Shown here: positions 28,583-36,855 of the stretch, one piece after another
Numbering within the stretch: the stretch's first letter is position 1
How the letters are laid out: each line of letters starts with the position of its first letter
Assembly: GCA_964517245.1 (NCBI GenBank)
Contig: CAZFBC010000001.1
Span: 1-36,855, forward strand
Origin: an uncultured Eubacteriales bacterium
GTDB taxonomy: Bacteria > Acidobacteriota > Aminicenantia > Aminicenantales > Saccharicenantaceae
Direction: 5' to 3'
Length of the DNA: 36,855 bases
Program-made: the position numbers and the translations under genes
Notes under the pieces: generated by a model
Database searches by the model: none
What the model saw: the letters and a program-made list of their open reading frames with translations, nothing else
Told to the model about the DNA's origin: nothing

Positions 28583-31500
28583 CTATGAAAAGACGATGAT
28601 GACCTTCCCGATCGCGCCGGCTCCTCCGCTCTTCGGAGACCCCAGGTCCTCGCCGGCCCCCCCGCCTCCGCCTCCCGGCGCCGTCCCGGCCGACCCGGCA
28701 TTATAAGCCAGGCCTCCCGTCCCGCCGGCCCCGCCTCCGGTCGGCGCCGTGGCCCCGGTCCTCGAGGTCGCGTCGTTCCCGTCCGCGGCCGGCCCGGCCG
28801 ACGACCCTCCGCCTCCTCCGGCCGTCCCGGCCAGATAGATGTACCCGTCACCCCCGGAGTACTTCGTGTCCCCGACCCCCGTGGACGCCAGGCCTCCAGC
28901 CCCGCCGGCCTCATCCGTCCCGGCCGACCCGGCCTCGGCCTCGCAGATCGTCGTGTCGTTCTTCTTGACATAGGTCGGGGTCCCCGCCCCGCCGGCCGGC
29001 ACGTACACGTACAAGGTATCGGTCCCGCCGGCGACCGTGGCCGTGACCTTCGAATAGGCCCCGCCTCCCCCTCCTCCACCGAGCGGCCCGTCCCCGCCTC
29101 CCCCGTTCCCGCCCGGGCCCCAGCACTCGATGACCGCCTGGGTGAACCCGGACGGCACGGCCAGGGACGCCCCCGCCTGGGCGGTCGTGTAGGTGACCGT
29201 CCTCGAGATCCCGGCCGCCTCGGCCGCCATGGCCATCGACGCGTCGGCCGTCTCGATGAACCCGTCCCGCTGGACCGTGGCCTGGTCCGAGGTCATGGCC
29301 AGGGAGGCGTCGTTCACCGTCAACACCGTATTGGTCGGGACGAAGATCTCACAGAGGTACTTCGCCGAATGATTCGAGACCGAGACCTCCCGGACCAGGA
29401 CCTTCTTGGTGACCGTCACGGACCCGACCGGGATCTCCACCTGGACCGTGTCCCCGATCTCCAGGGGGATGGCCGAAAAGGGCATGTCCAGGTCCACGTA
29501 ATACTTCGGCTCCTTGAACTCGGCCAGGAGCTCGGCGGCCATGTCGTCCACCGAATCCTGGTCCTGGAAGAGGTCGCTCGACAAGGCGTAAGTCTTTTCG
29601 AGATAGGCCGCGATCGAGGTCGCGTCCTCGGCCTCCCCGCGCCAGCGGACCCTCTCGACCTTCAACGTCGAGATGTTGAAGACCGACCGCTCCTCCCCCT
29701 CGATGATGACGTGGTTGCGGACCTCATTGACCGACTGGAAAAGCCCCAACCCGCCAAGGGCCGCCTCGTCCTCGAGCGTGAGGTGCGCCGGCGTGGTCAG
29801 GGCCGGGGCCGGCTTGAAGTTCGGCGTCCCGTCCCAGGAACGCCAGAAGCGGTAATTGCATCGCGCGCAGATCTCGGCCACGGCCGCCAGGGCCGAGGTC
29901 CCCTGCTCGAACCAGACCCGCTCGATCACGATCCCGGTCGCCTCGTAATCCATCGCGGCCAGGGCGGCCGCCCGGGTGGCGTACCTCCCGGCAGCCACGA
30001 GCAGATCCGCGACCACGTTCTCCGGCGCCTGGTCCGTGTAATAATAGACGACGAGGTTCGCGGTCCCGTCGTCGATGACCATGTCCTCCGAAAAGTAGAG
30101 GGCATTGGCCTGCCGGTCGTAATGCCATCCCCCCTCCCGGTCCTCATCGCCCTCGGGGATCTGCTCCCCGTCGAGCTCGACCCGGTAGACCCCGTTACAC
30201 TCGGGGTCGAGGTCGTAGATCATCCACGAATCCGGGTCGTAGAGCTTGATGGAGATGTTGTCCAGGTCCCAGATATCCCCGGAGGTCGCGTACTTCCCGC
30301 CGGCGTAAAGCCTGAGCCGGCAAGCCCCGGCCGACGTGCAGGACACGATCACCGAATAGGCATGCCACCCGGCCCCGGGCGTGATGTACCTCTCGCCGAT
30401 GAGCTCATAGGAGGCCCCGACCGTCTGCCAGACCTCGAGCTTCGCGTACCCTCCGTCGCTTATGATCCCCCGGCCGTCGAACTGGACGGCATACCTAGAC
30501 CCGGCCGCAAGCGTCCCGACGTTCGTATTCTCGACCGTCTCCTCGGACCCCAGCCCGACCACGTCCCTGACGAAGTGGAGATAATAGTCCGACCCGTTCC
30601 CAACATCCTCGGAAGAGGCCGACCCGGTCCCGGCGACCGACCAGTTGGTAATGTTGTCCGCCTCGCCCGTCCCGACCTCCAGGGCGTCGGCCTCCGCGTA
30701 AAGCTCGGTCCCGGTCCCTCCCGGCGAGGCCTGGGAGTCGAAGGTCTCCGAGGACCCCCAGGCCGTCCACGGCGAGTAAAGCCGGAGGTCGGCCAGCTCC
30801 TTCGAATAATCGGTCCCGGAGATCGCGATCGCGCCCGTCTTGTGGTCGAAGGACGGGTTGTCCATGTAACCGACGATCCTCTGCCAGAAGACCCGCTCCA
30901 GCACCTCCTCGCCTTCATCGAGATCGACCAACGAGAGGTCGTCGAGGTACATGGTCAGCCCGGTCGCAGAGGAGATCCCGGCCGCGATCAGATAGGCGTT
31001 ATGGTCCTTGTGCGTTTGAAACACGATCTCGGCCCGGGTCCAGTCGGCGGCGGCATCGAAGTCGAGCCATCCCGAGCCGGAAGCCCATTCGAGCTCATCC
31101 ATCGCCCCCCGCTTAAGCATGACCTGGAAGGACGCCCCGCCATAGACCCAGGCCCGCGCGGCGCCGGTAGACTTGTACCAGAAAGAAAGCCGGTGGAGGT
31201 GCCCCGGCTTCAGCGTCACCTGCTGATACATATTGCAAGTTACATCGTCCACCGTGACGAGCTTGGCCGACGCCCCTCGGCCGTTATGGGTCTCGGTCGT
31301 CTCCTGGGTGATCGTGTTCGATCCTGGCGTCTGCTCGATCCATCCATAGCAATCGGAGGAGGACGCCCAGCGCTCAAGCCCCGAGTTGGTCAGAAGCTGA
31401 GGCCTCGACCTCCAGGCGCCCTCGAGGTACCCGTCGAGGTCGTTGCCCGAATCATCGTACGCGACCGGCCCCTGCTCCGCGAACGTCCAGAGACCCTCGA

Positions 31501-32797
31501 GGTCCGTCTCGTTCTGGTAGACGTGCCGGTAATGCTCGGCGATCTCGGCCTCGGTAAGGTCCCGCGAATAGATCCTGACCTCGGCCAAGTCCCCGCAGAA
31601 GTTATCCGTGTAACCGTCATCGGACCCGAACCGGAGCACCTGGGAGTTGGCCGTGGGCGTGACCGTCCTGGTCGCGTACTTCTTCAGGACCCCGTCGATC
31701 CAGACCGTGATCTGCCCAGAGCTCGGAACGACGGCCACGACATGATGCCAGGCCCCCAGCTCGAGCTCGTCCCCGGCATCGACCACGACCCGGTCGGCGC
31801 CCCAGCGGAAGTCGACCCGGCCGGCATAAAGCCCGAGGACGTAGTTGTTCGACGACCAAGTGGTCGAGGTGCCCTTCGTGACCAAGGTCGCCCAGGTGTC
31901 CCGGTACGTCTGCTTGACCCAGGCCTCGACCGTGATCGCTCCCGTGATATCCATGGCGGCCGCGTCCGGGACCTCCACGTAATCGTCGGACCCGTCGAAC
32001 CGGACCACCTCTCGCGAGAGGACCCCCAGGGAGACCCTGGCCTGCTTCCCCATCCCGATCAGGCCGGCGTACTCCGAGGTCGGATGGAACGGGTGGAAGA
32101 TCCCCTCGGGGTTGTCGAGCGTGACGCTCCAGCTCCCGGCCACGGGTTCCGAATCCCGGCCGGCCCCGGCCGCCTCGACCGACCCGGCGACGAGGTAGCT
32201 CGGGAGCGGCGCCAGGGAGATCTTGTCGAACCAGATCGAGGAACTGGCCGACGAGCTTCCGGACGCGAAGGAGCAGTTGTGCTGGTACCCATCGTAATCG
32301 GTGACGATCTCCAGCTCATACAGGGTCCAGTCGGTCGCCTCCGGAAGCGTGATGGCCGCGGCCCAGGCCTGCCACGCGCCGGACGAATTGAGATACCTTC
32401 CCGTCTGAATATTCATCATATAGAAGGCCGCGTTCTTCCCGGCCTCCGTCTTGTAATAAAAGGTCAGAAAATACCGGTGAAGGGGTGGCAACTTGACGGA
32501 CTGATAAAAGTAGGTCAGGGTCCCCGACGCGTCGACGTCGATCCTGGCCGAGTAGTCCCCCGAATAGACCTCAGTCCCATCCCGGTTGACCGTGCCGGCC
32601 CCTCCTAGGACGGGGATCCACTTCGACGGATGGGTCGAATCGTACCACTCGTCAAGCTCCACGTCCTGGAAGGCCTCGGCCGGCGCGATCTGGGAGAGGT
32701 CCAGCCACTCGGCCCCGTCGTAGACCTCGAACCGCATGGCGATCTGCTGGGTCGCGGCCAGGAGCTTGTCCGGGCTGAGCGGTCCGAGGCTTTGCAT
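28583..32797 (-). CDS. large tail host-recognition protein (central fibre / tip) with LamG-like and CBM-like domains and a Gly-rich C-terminus
   Basis: Start MQSLGPLSPDKLL overlaps the upstream stop as TAATG; 1404 aa. It has a LamG-type segment (FDGSDDYVEVPD...LAEVRIYSRDLTEAEI) and three beta-sandwich, carbohydrate-binding-like segments. The C-terminus has GGGGGG and GGAGG runs. Confidence 0.7.
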   Translation of the reverse strand: MQSLGPLSPDKLLAATQQIAMRFEVYDGAEWLDLSQIAPAEAFQDVELDEWYDSTHPSKWIPVLGGAGTVNRDGTEVYSGDYSARIDVDASGTLTYFYQSVKLPPLHRYFLTFYYKTEAGKNAAFYMMNIQTGRYLNSSGAWQAWAAAITLPEATDWTLYELEIVTDYDGYQHNCSFASGSSSASSSIWFDKISLAPLPSYLVAGSVEAAGAGRDSEPVAGSWSVTLDNPEGIFHPFHPTSEYAGLIGMGKQARVSLGVLSREVVRFDGSDDYVEVPDAAAMDITGAITVEAWVKQTYRDTWATLVTKGTSTTWSSNNYVLGLYAGRVDFRWGADRVVVDAGDELELGAWHHVVAVVPSSGQITVWIDGVLKKYATRTVTPTANSQVLRFGSDDGYTDNFCGDLAEVRIYSRDLTEAEIAEHYRHVYQNETDLEGLWTFAEQGPVAYDDSGNDLDGYLEGAWRSRPQLLTNSGLERWASSSDCYGWIEQTPGSNTITQETTETHNGRGASAKLVTVDDVTCNMYQQVTLKPGHLHRLSFWYKSTGAARAWVYGGASFQVMLKRGAMDELEWASGSGWLDFDAAADWTRAEIVFQTHKDHNAYLIAAGISSATGLTMYLDDLSLVDLDEGEEVLERVFWQRIVGYMDNPSFDHKTGAIAISGTDYSKELADLRLYSPWTAWGSSETFDSQASPGGTGTELYAEADALEVGTGEADNITNWSVAGTGSASSEDVGNGSDYYLHFVRDVVGLGSEETVENTNVGTLAAGSRYAVQFDGRGIISDGGYAKLEVWQTVGASYELIGERYITPGAGWHAYSVIVSCTSAGACRLRLYAGGKYATSGDIWDLDNISIKLYDPDSWMIYDLDPECNGVYRVELDGEQIPEGDEDREGGWHYDRQANALYFSEDMVIDDGTANLVVYYYTDQAPENVVADLLVAAGRYATRAAALAAMDYEATGIVIERVWFEQGTSALAAVAEICARCNYRFWRSWDGTPNFKPAPALTTPAHLTLEDEAALGGLGLFQSVNEVRNHVIIEGEERSVFNISTLKVERVRWRGEAEDATSIAAYLEKTYALSSDLFQDQDSVDDMAAELLAEFKEPKYYVDLDMPFSAIPLEIGDTVQVEIPVGSVTVTKKVLVREVSVSNHSAKYLCEIFVPTNTVLTVNDASLAMTSDQATVQRDGFIETADASMAMAAEAAGISRTVTYTTAQAGASLAVPSGFTQAVIECWGPGGNGGGGDGPLGGGGGGGAYSKVTATVAGGTDTLYVYVPAGGAGTPTYVKKNDTTICEAEAGSAGTDEAGGAGGLASTGVGDTKYSGGDGYIYLAGTAGGGGGSSAGPAADGNDATSRTGATAPTGGGAGGTGGLAYNAGSAGTAPGGGGGGAGEDLGSPKSGGAGAIGKVIIVFS

Positions 32798-33180
32798 TAT
32801 TCGGCCTCCTCGAGGGTCATGGCCACCGAAAAGAACGGGGTCGCGGCCTGGGTCGTCTCGATGGTGTTCACGTCCAGGCCGGCCACGTAGACCCATCGCC
32901 ACGTCGAGTCGAGGCGGTTGTCCTGGTATCTGAGCTTCTGGTTGAGGTCGGCCAGCCCGCGTAAGGTCAGGACGTCGGAGAGGACCAGGAGGTCCCAGGC
33001 CAGCTCAAAGGTCCGTTGGTGCTTCGACTTGATGAGGGCCCGCTTCCCACCGTCCAGCATGCCGGCCGTCTCGACGTTCTTCTTGAGCCCGATCGGAAGC
33101 TCCCGGTCGCCCGGCGCCCGCCAGTTGATCGGAGGAAGCGTCGTCTCCTCGCCCTGAGGCCCGAGCTTGATGTCCGGCAT
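32797..33180 (-). CDS. minor / distal tail protein (127 aa)
   Basis: It lies between the tape measure and the large tail protein. The function is assigned from position. Confidence 0.5.
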   Translation of the reverse strand: MPDIKLGPQGEETTLPPINWRAPGDRELPIGLKKNVETAGMLDGGKRALIKSKHQRTFELAWDLLVLSDVLTLRGLADLNQKLRYQDNRLDSTWRWVYVAGLDVNTIETTQAATPFFSVAMTLEEAE

Positions 33181-33182
33181 GG

Positions 33183-35657
33183 TTACCTCCCCCTGGCCCT
33201 GAACCTGCGCTCGATCGCCCGATACATCCGCTCGCCGGCCGCCTCGAGCTGGGCGTCATTGAGCCCGCTCGTGACGACCAGGGGCGAATTAATGGAGACG
33301 TGGACCGACCTCGAGCCGGCCCCCGCGGCGGCCAGCCGGCCGCGCGCCAGCGCCGGGGCGAGGTGCTTCTCGGGGATGAGGTACTCGACCCCGGCCTCGC
33401 CCATCTCGAACGAGGTCCCCTCGTCGGTCGTGACCCTCGTCCGCTTCTTGAAGACGGCTCCCCTCGCCAGCGGGATCGGCTGCTTGGCGATGAGGGCGAT
33501 CTGGACGGCGCCCAGGGCCCCGACGATCCCGGCCATGATCGGGGCGATCCAGAGAGGGAAATCCTTATAGGCCCGGGCCACGCCCGAGGCCGTGCTGACG
33601 ATGGCCTCCATGAGGGCGATGGCCTTCGCCTGCTTCGCCCCGGCCGCCTGGGCCGAGCTCCGCTTGACCTGGTACTCGGCCTCGAGCGCGGTGATGGCCG
33701 CGTTCTTCTTCTCCTCGTCGGTGACCGTCCGGTTGATGTAATCGAGCCGCTTCTTGTACTCGTTCTCGATGGAGATCTCCCGGTTGGCCTGGGCCTGCAT
33801 CACGACCGCGCTCATCGACGCCGAGACCGTGGCCCAGACCTTCTGGACCATGTCCATCGCCGTGGCCGCCTTCTCGGCCCATCCCGGGATGGACTTGTCC
33901 CCGGCCAAGAGGCGCTGAAGGCGCTTGATCTCGGCCTCCATCTCCTTGATCCGGTCGACCGGGATATCGTCGCCGGCCTTCTCGAGCGCCCTGGCCATGT
34001 CCTCCATCTGCTTCTTGAGCTCGTCCTTGGTCGGGCCGGCCAGCTCCTTCATCCTGGCGTCGAAGGCCCGGGCCTTGTCGGCCGCCTGCCGGAGCCCTTC
34101 CGCGACGTCGTCGACCGGCACCTTGGCCTTGCCGAGGTCGAGCATCGCGGCCAAGGATCCGTACAAGGCCTCCTTCAGGGCCAGCGAGTCGTTGGTGATC
34201 TTGTCCGTATCGAACCCGATGCTGATACCGGAGAAGCCACTCCCGAGCTCGGCCTTGAGGTCGGCGATCTTCTTCGTGAGGTCGGCGACCGCGGCGGCCG
34301 TCATCTTCGGGCCGAGACGGACCAGGGCCTCCTCGTACTTCGCCAACTGGGCCCTGACGTCGTCGGCGAAGACGAGCTTGAGCTCATCCTTCAGCGCCCG
34401 GGCCCGCTTCTCCGTCTCCGTGAGGGAGCTCCCCGTCTCGTCGACCTTCCCCTGCACGGCCTCGAAGGACATGGCGACCTTGAGCGCCTCGCCCCCGACG
34501 ACCTCGAAGGCCGCCTGCGCGGCCGGCCCGAACTTCCCCGTGGCCAGGGCGACATAGGTCGCCCGGTCCCCGATCCTGTCGAAGCTGTCCAGGAGCTTGA
34601 CGCGGAGGTCGTCGCCCGCCTTGATCCACTCCGCCGTGTATTTGTTCGAGGCGATCAGGAAGCCGGTGATCTTATTGATGGCCGGGGAAAAGCCTCCCAT
34701 GACCTCGTACGAGAACTTGGTCCAGGCCTTGGTCGCCTCGTCCACCGCGCCCTTGTGGCCGCCGATCTCCTCGCGAAGCTCCCGCATAGCCTTGAGGAAC
34801 GCGGCGCCGGCCTTGGCGATCGTTCCGATGAAAGCGACCAGGCCCTCCATCCACTCCTTGATTTCGGGCGTCACTTCGCGAATGGAGTCGCGGATATCGT
34901 AGATCGACTCCTTGACGTCCTCGTTCTTGACCAGGGCGTTCCCGACCTCCTCCATGGCGTCGCCCCAGGTGTTCTTGAGCTGGGCCATGGCGCCTCGGAA
35001 CGTATCGACCTCGGCGGTCGTCTGGCCGTACAGAACGTCGAGCTTCTCCAGAAGCTGAGCCCGCTTCCCCTCGGCCGAGAGGTTCTCGTCGAGCACGATC
35101 CCGTACCTCGAGAGCGTGGCGAACTGGCCGGCCATGGCCTTCTGGACCAGGGTCGCCGCGGCGTTGAGGTCCATCCCCAGCGCCGAGGCCAGGCCCATCG
35201 TGCCCTTGGTCGCCCGGTCGATCCCGTTCTGATCGAGATCGGTCATCTGGATCAGGAGGGCCTGGATCGATTGAATCTGCTCGTCCCCGTACTTGGTCAC
35301 GGCCTGCTGGGCCGCGGCGAACTTGGTGTAATGCTCGAAGTTCCCGGCGATCGAACGGCCGGTCAGCTCGAGCGACGCCCTCAGCTTCTTGTCCGCGTCC
35401 TCCTGATCGGCGGCCGATTTGATGATATCCCCGATCCCCTGCTTGAGCTCGCGCCAGGCCCACATGGTCGCCTGGGCCACGAGTTGCCCGCCCATCATCG
35501 ACTTCCAGAGGCCGCCGGCCGACTGGCCCATGGAGCCCATGGCCGCGCCCGTGGCCGTGCTCTCGGCCTTGAGCGCGTCGAACGCCTTGTCGAGCTTCTC
35601 GACGGACTTTACGGCCCCGGTGGCGTCGACCGTGAAAACATATTTGACGTCGGCCAT
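33183..35657 (-). CDS. tail tape measure protein
   Basis: 824 aa, Ala/Lys/Glu-rich and helical, with hydrophobic Gly/Ala segments near the C-terminus. It lies directly after the frameshifted chaperone pair. Confidence 0.85.
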   Translation of the reverse strand: MADVKYVFTVDATGAVKSVEKLDKAFDALKAESTATGAAMGSMGQSAGGLWKSMMGGQLVAQATMWAWRELKQGIGDIIKSAADQEDADKKLRASLELTGRSIAGNFEHYTKFAAAQQAVTKYGDEQIQSIQALLIQMTDLDQNGIDRATKGTMGLASALGMDLNAAATLVQKAMAGQFATLSRYGIVLDENLSAEGKRAQLLEKLDVLYGQTTAEVDTFRGAMAQLKNTWGDAMEEVGNALVKNEDVKESIYDIRDSIREVTPEIKEWMEGLVAFIGTIAKAGAAFLKAMRELREEIGGHKGAVDEATKAWTKFSYEVMGGFSPAINKITGFLIASNKYTAEWIKAGDDLRVKLLDSFDRIGDRATYVALATGKFGPAAQAAFEVVGGEALKVAMSFEAVQGKVDETGSSLTETEKRARALKDELKLVFADDVRAQLAKYEEALVRLGPKMTAAAVADLTKKIADLKAELGSGFSGISIGFDTDKITNDSLALKEALYGSLAAMLDLGKAKVPVDDVAEGLRQAADKARAFDARMKELAGPTKDELKKQMEDMARALEKAGDDIPVDRIKEMEAEIKRLQRLLAGDKSIPGWAEKAATAMDMVQKVWATVSASMSAVVMQAQANREISIENEYKKRLDYINRTVTDEEKKNAAITALEAEYQVKRSSAQAAGAKQAKAIALMEAIVSTASGVARAYKDFPLWIAPIMAGIVGALGAVQIALIAKQPIPLARGAVFKKRTRVTTDEGTSFEMGEAGVEYLIPEKHLAPALARGRLAAAGAGSRSVHVSINSPLVVTSGLNDAQLEAAGERMYRAIERRFRARGR

Positions 35658-35666
35658 GAAGCCCTC

Positions 35667-35975
35667 CTAAGTGACCTCGTCCGCATAGGCCGTCCCCGGC
35701 CTCTCGGACGCCTTAGCCGACACGGCCATGTCCGCCTTCTTCTCGACGGCCGCATGGATCAGGGACAAGCGGAACAGGAAGATCTCCATGTCTACACCCT
35801 CAAGCCCCGTCCCGGCCACGATCCCCGGCATGAGCCCGTACTCCTGGACGAACGTGGTCGCCGTCCTGTGGTAGAACGCCCATGCCTCGAACTCATCGTT
35901 CTCGAGCCTCGGCCCTGCTTCCTCCCGCCGGCCGTCCGCGGAGACGTACCAGGAGAGGAAGCCGGTCAGTTTTTT
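35667..35975 (-). CDS. tail assembly chaperone, -1 frame extension (gpT-like part of the G-T fusion)
   Basis: The -1 frame opens at the slippery site and reads KKLTGFLSWYVSADGRREEAG...ADEVT, ending 10 nt before the tape measure ATG. No independent RBS or start is evident in this part. Confidence 0.65.
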   Translation of the reverse strand, partial: KKLTGFLSWYVSADGRREEAGPRLENDEFEAWAFYHRTATTFVQEYGLMPGIVAGTGLEGVDMEIFLFRLSLIHAAVEKKADMAVSAKASERPGTAYADEVT

Positions 35976-36337
35976 AGGAACCGCTCCCGGTCGTTGGCGT
36001 CCCTGAAGATCGCGACCGCCAGGAGGTCGCCCGCCCCTCCGCCTTCGACCTTCTCGGCCAGAAGCGGCCGCAACCATCCGGCCTTGTTCTCCTCGGTGCA
36101 CGGGATCGGGACCCCGCCATGGTCGAGGTCCCACCCGGCCACGGCGCCGATGACCGCTTCTTCGGTCGCCTTCCCGTACTTGAACGTCCCGTCCTCCCCG
36201 ACGCTATCCACCAGGGAGTAGAAGGTGATCGGCTTGAGCCTGAGCTTCAGCACCGGGGGGTCGAGCAGATCGGTCACGAGCCGGTACTCGATCCACTCGG
36301 AGAGCGGAGCGAGGGGCCTGTATTTCACGTTCCCCAT
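35966..36337 (-). CDS. tail assembly chaperone (gpG-like)
   Basis: 123 aa. It sits between the tail tube and tape measure genes. It ends ..RERFLKN with the slippery heptamer at its last codons. Confidence 0.7.
   Translation of the reverse strand: MGNVKYRPLAPLSEWIEYRLVTDLLDPPVLKLRLKPITFYSLVDSVGEDGTFKYGKATEEAVIGAVAGWDLDHGGVPIPCTEENKAGWLRPLLAEKVEGGGAGDLLAVAIFRDANDRERFLKN
35969..35975 (-). promoter_or_regulatory. -1 programmed ribosomal frameshift slippery heptamer A-AAA-AAC
   Basis: The minus strand reads CUA AAA AAC UGA. The XXXYYYZ heptamer is in the correct zero-frame register, and the -1 frame stays open for 102 more codons. Confidence 0.7.
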
Positions 36338-36349
36338 GTCTCGCTCCTA

Positions 36350-36855
36350 TCAGGCCAGATAGTCGGTCGTCCGCTTGTTGACGAGCTGGGCGTACGGCCG
36401 CACGTAGGACATGCCGGTCGGCGCGGCCGAAGCCTCCTCGGCCACGAGCTCGAGGCCCAGGCTGACGATCTCCTCCCAGCTCGCCTCCGGGCAGAGCATC
36501 CTCATCCGGGGGAAGAAGAGGCTCATCGAATAATAGACCGTCGCGGCGCCGGCCAGGACCGTGTGGGTGTACTTGATGAGGAGCTTCTGGGTCGTCTCGG
36601 CGATGGCGGTCGCGAGGTGGAGGTTGTTGACCGCATCCATGTGCGGGAACTTGAGCTTCACCCGGATATCCGGGTACCCGGCCTCCGCCGACTCCTTGAT
36701 GTCGGAGTAGCCCGAGACCGCGATCCCGTCGTGCCCCGTCCGCTTGTACTCGACGTCGACCCCGGTCACCTCGAGGGCGGTCTCGCTCGCCACGTCCCCG
36801 CCGCTCTGGGCGTTCATCTTCACCGACTGGACCTCGTACTTGATGTGGTTGGTCC
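36350..36855 (-). CDS. major tail (tube) protein, C-terminal part (continues from 605..1 through the circular junction)
   Basis: The frame is continuous with the ORF starting at 605. The track ORF start at 36823 is an internal GTG (..YEVQSVKMNAQSGG..). The stop is at 36350..36352. Confidence 0.6.
   Translation of the reverse strand, partial: TNHIKYEVQSVKMNAQSGGDVASETALEVTGVDVEYKRTGHDGIAVSGYSDIKESAEAGYPDIRVKLKFPHMDAVNNLHLATAIAETTQKLLIKYTHTVLAGAATVYYSMSLFFPRMRMLCPEASWEEIVSLGLELVAEEASAAPTGMSYVRPYAQLVNKRTTDYLA
36801..36855. repeat. 55-bp terminal direct repeat, identical to 1..55
   Basis: This is an exact copy of the first 55 nt of the window. Confidence 0.9.

Noticed and set aside
1-36855. Lysogeny module, tRNA genes, a second strand of transcription, or a defence/anti-defence system with recognisable domains.
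   Set aside because: I recognised no integrase, excisionase or CI-like divergent repressor, and no cloverleaf-capable tRNA-like segment. Apart from Dcm and the ParB-like genes, the small early proteins have no recognisable motifs, so any anti-defence role would be pure speculation.
36801-36855. The terminal repeat could be a true physical direct terminal repeat of the virion DNA.
   Set aside because: At 55 bp it matches a common assembler k-mer overlap, and it falls in the middle of a structural gene rather than in a non-coding terminus. This cannot be excluded without read-level data.

Overview
The window is a complete, circularly closed, GC-rich tailed-phage genome of about 36.8 kb. Its first 55 nt are identical to its last 55 nt, and one structural gene reads across that junction. 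Every credible gene is on the minus strand, with many ATGA, GTGA and TAATG start/stop overlaps. The long plus-strand ORFs are Arg/Pro/Gly-rich antisense shadows. In transcription order (descending coordinates) the modules are as follows. (1) A ~520-bp non-coding region lies at 26736..27257. (2) An early operon of about ten small genes plus a DUF932-like gene spans 26735..22035 and ends at an intrinsic terminator. (3) A sigma70-like promoter drives an XRE-type HTH gene, RecT, a Gp157/Gam-like gene, a replication initiator with internal iterons, an Hjc-like resolvase and small membrane and zinc-ribbon genes (21943..16136). (4) A second sigma70-like promoter is followed about 90 nt later by a strong terminator, a lambda PR'-tR'-like layout. 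(5) The late genes follow: a lysis cassette with an NlpC/P60 endolysin, two ParB-like nuclease genes, a C5 DNA methyltransferase and small and large terminase. They continue with a portal-MuF fusion, an HK97-type protease and capsid, connector proteins, a repeat-rich fibre, the tail tube (wrapping the junction) and a chaperone pair with a -1 frameshift. They end with the tape measure and a 1404-aa LamG/CBM-like tail protein. The main discovery is in the early operon. Eight intergenic copies of a structured RNA have invariant blocks (GCA-GAGGG, UAAUGC, loop UCCCAAGC) and covarying stems that match the core of twister self-cleaving ribozymes in a P1-closed permutation. Each copy is followed by a standardised ribosome-binding leader, which implies ribozyme-mediated cutting of a polycistronic early mRNA into single-gene units. 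I saw no tRNA, CRISPR array, integrase or reverse transcriptase.
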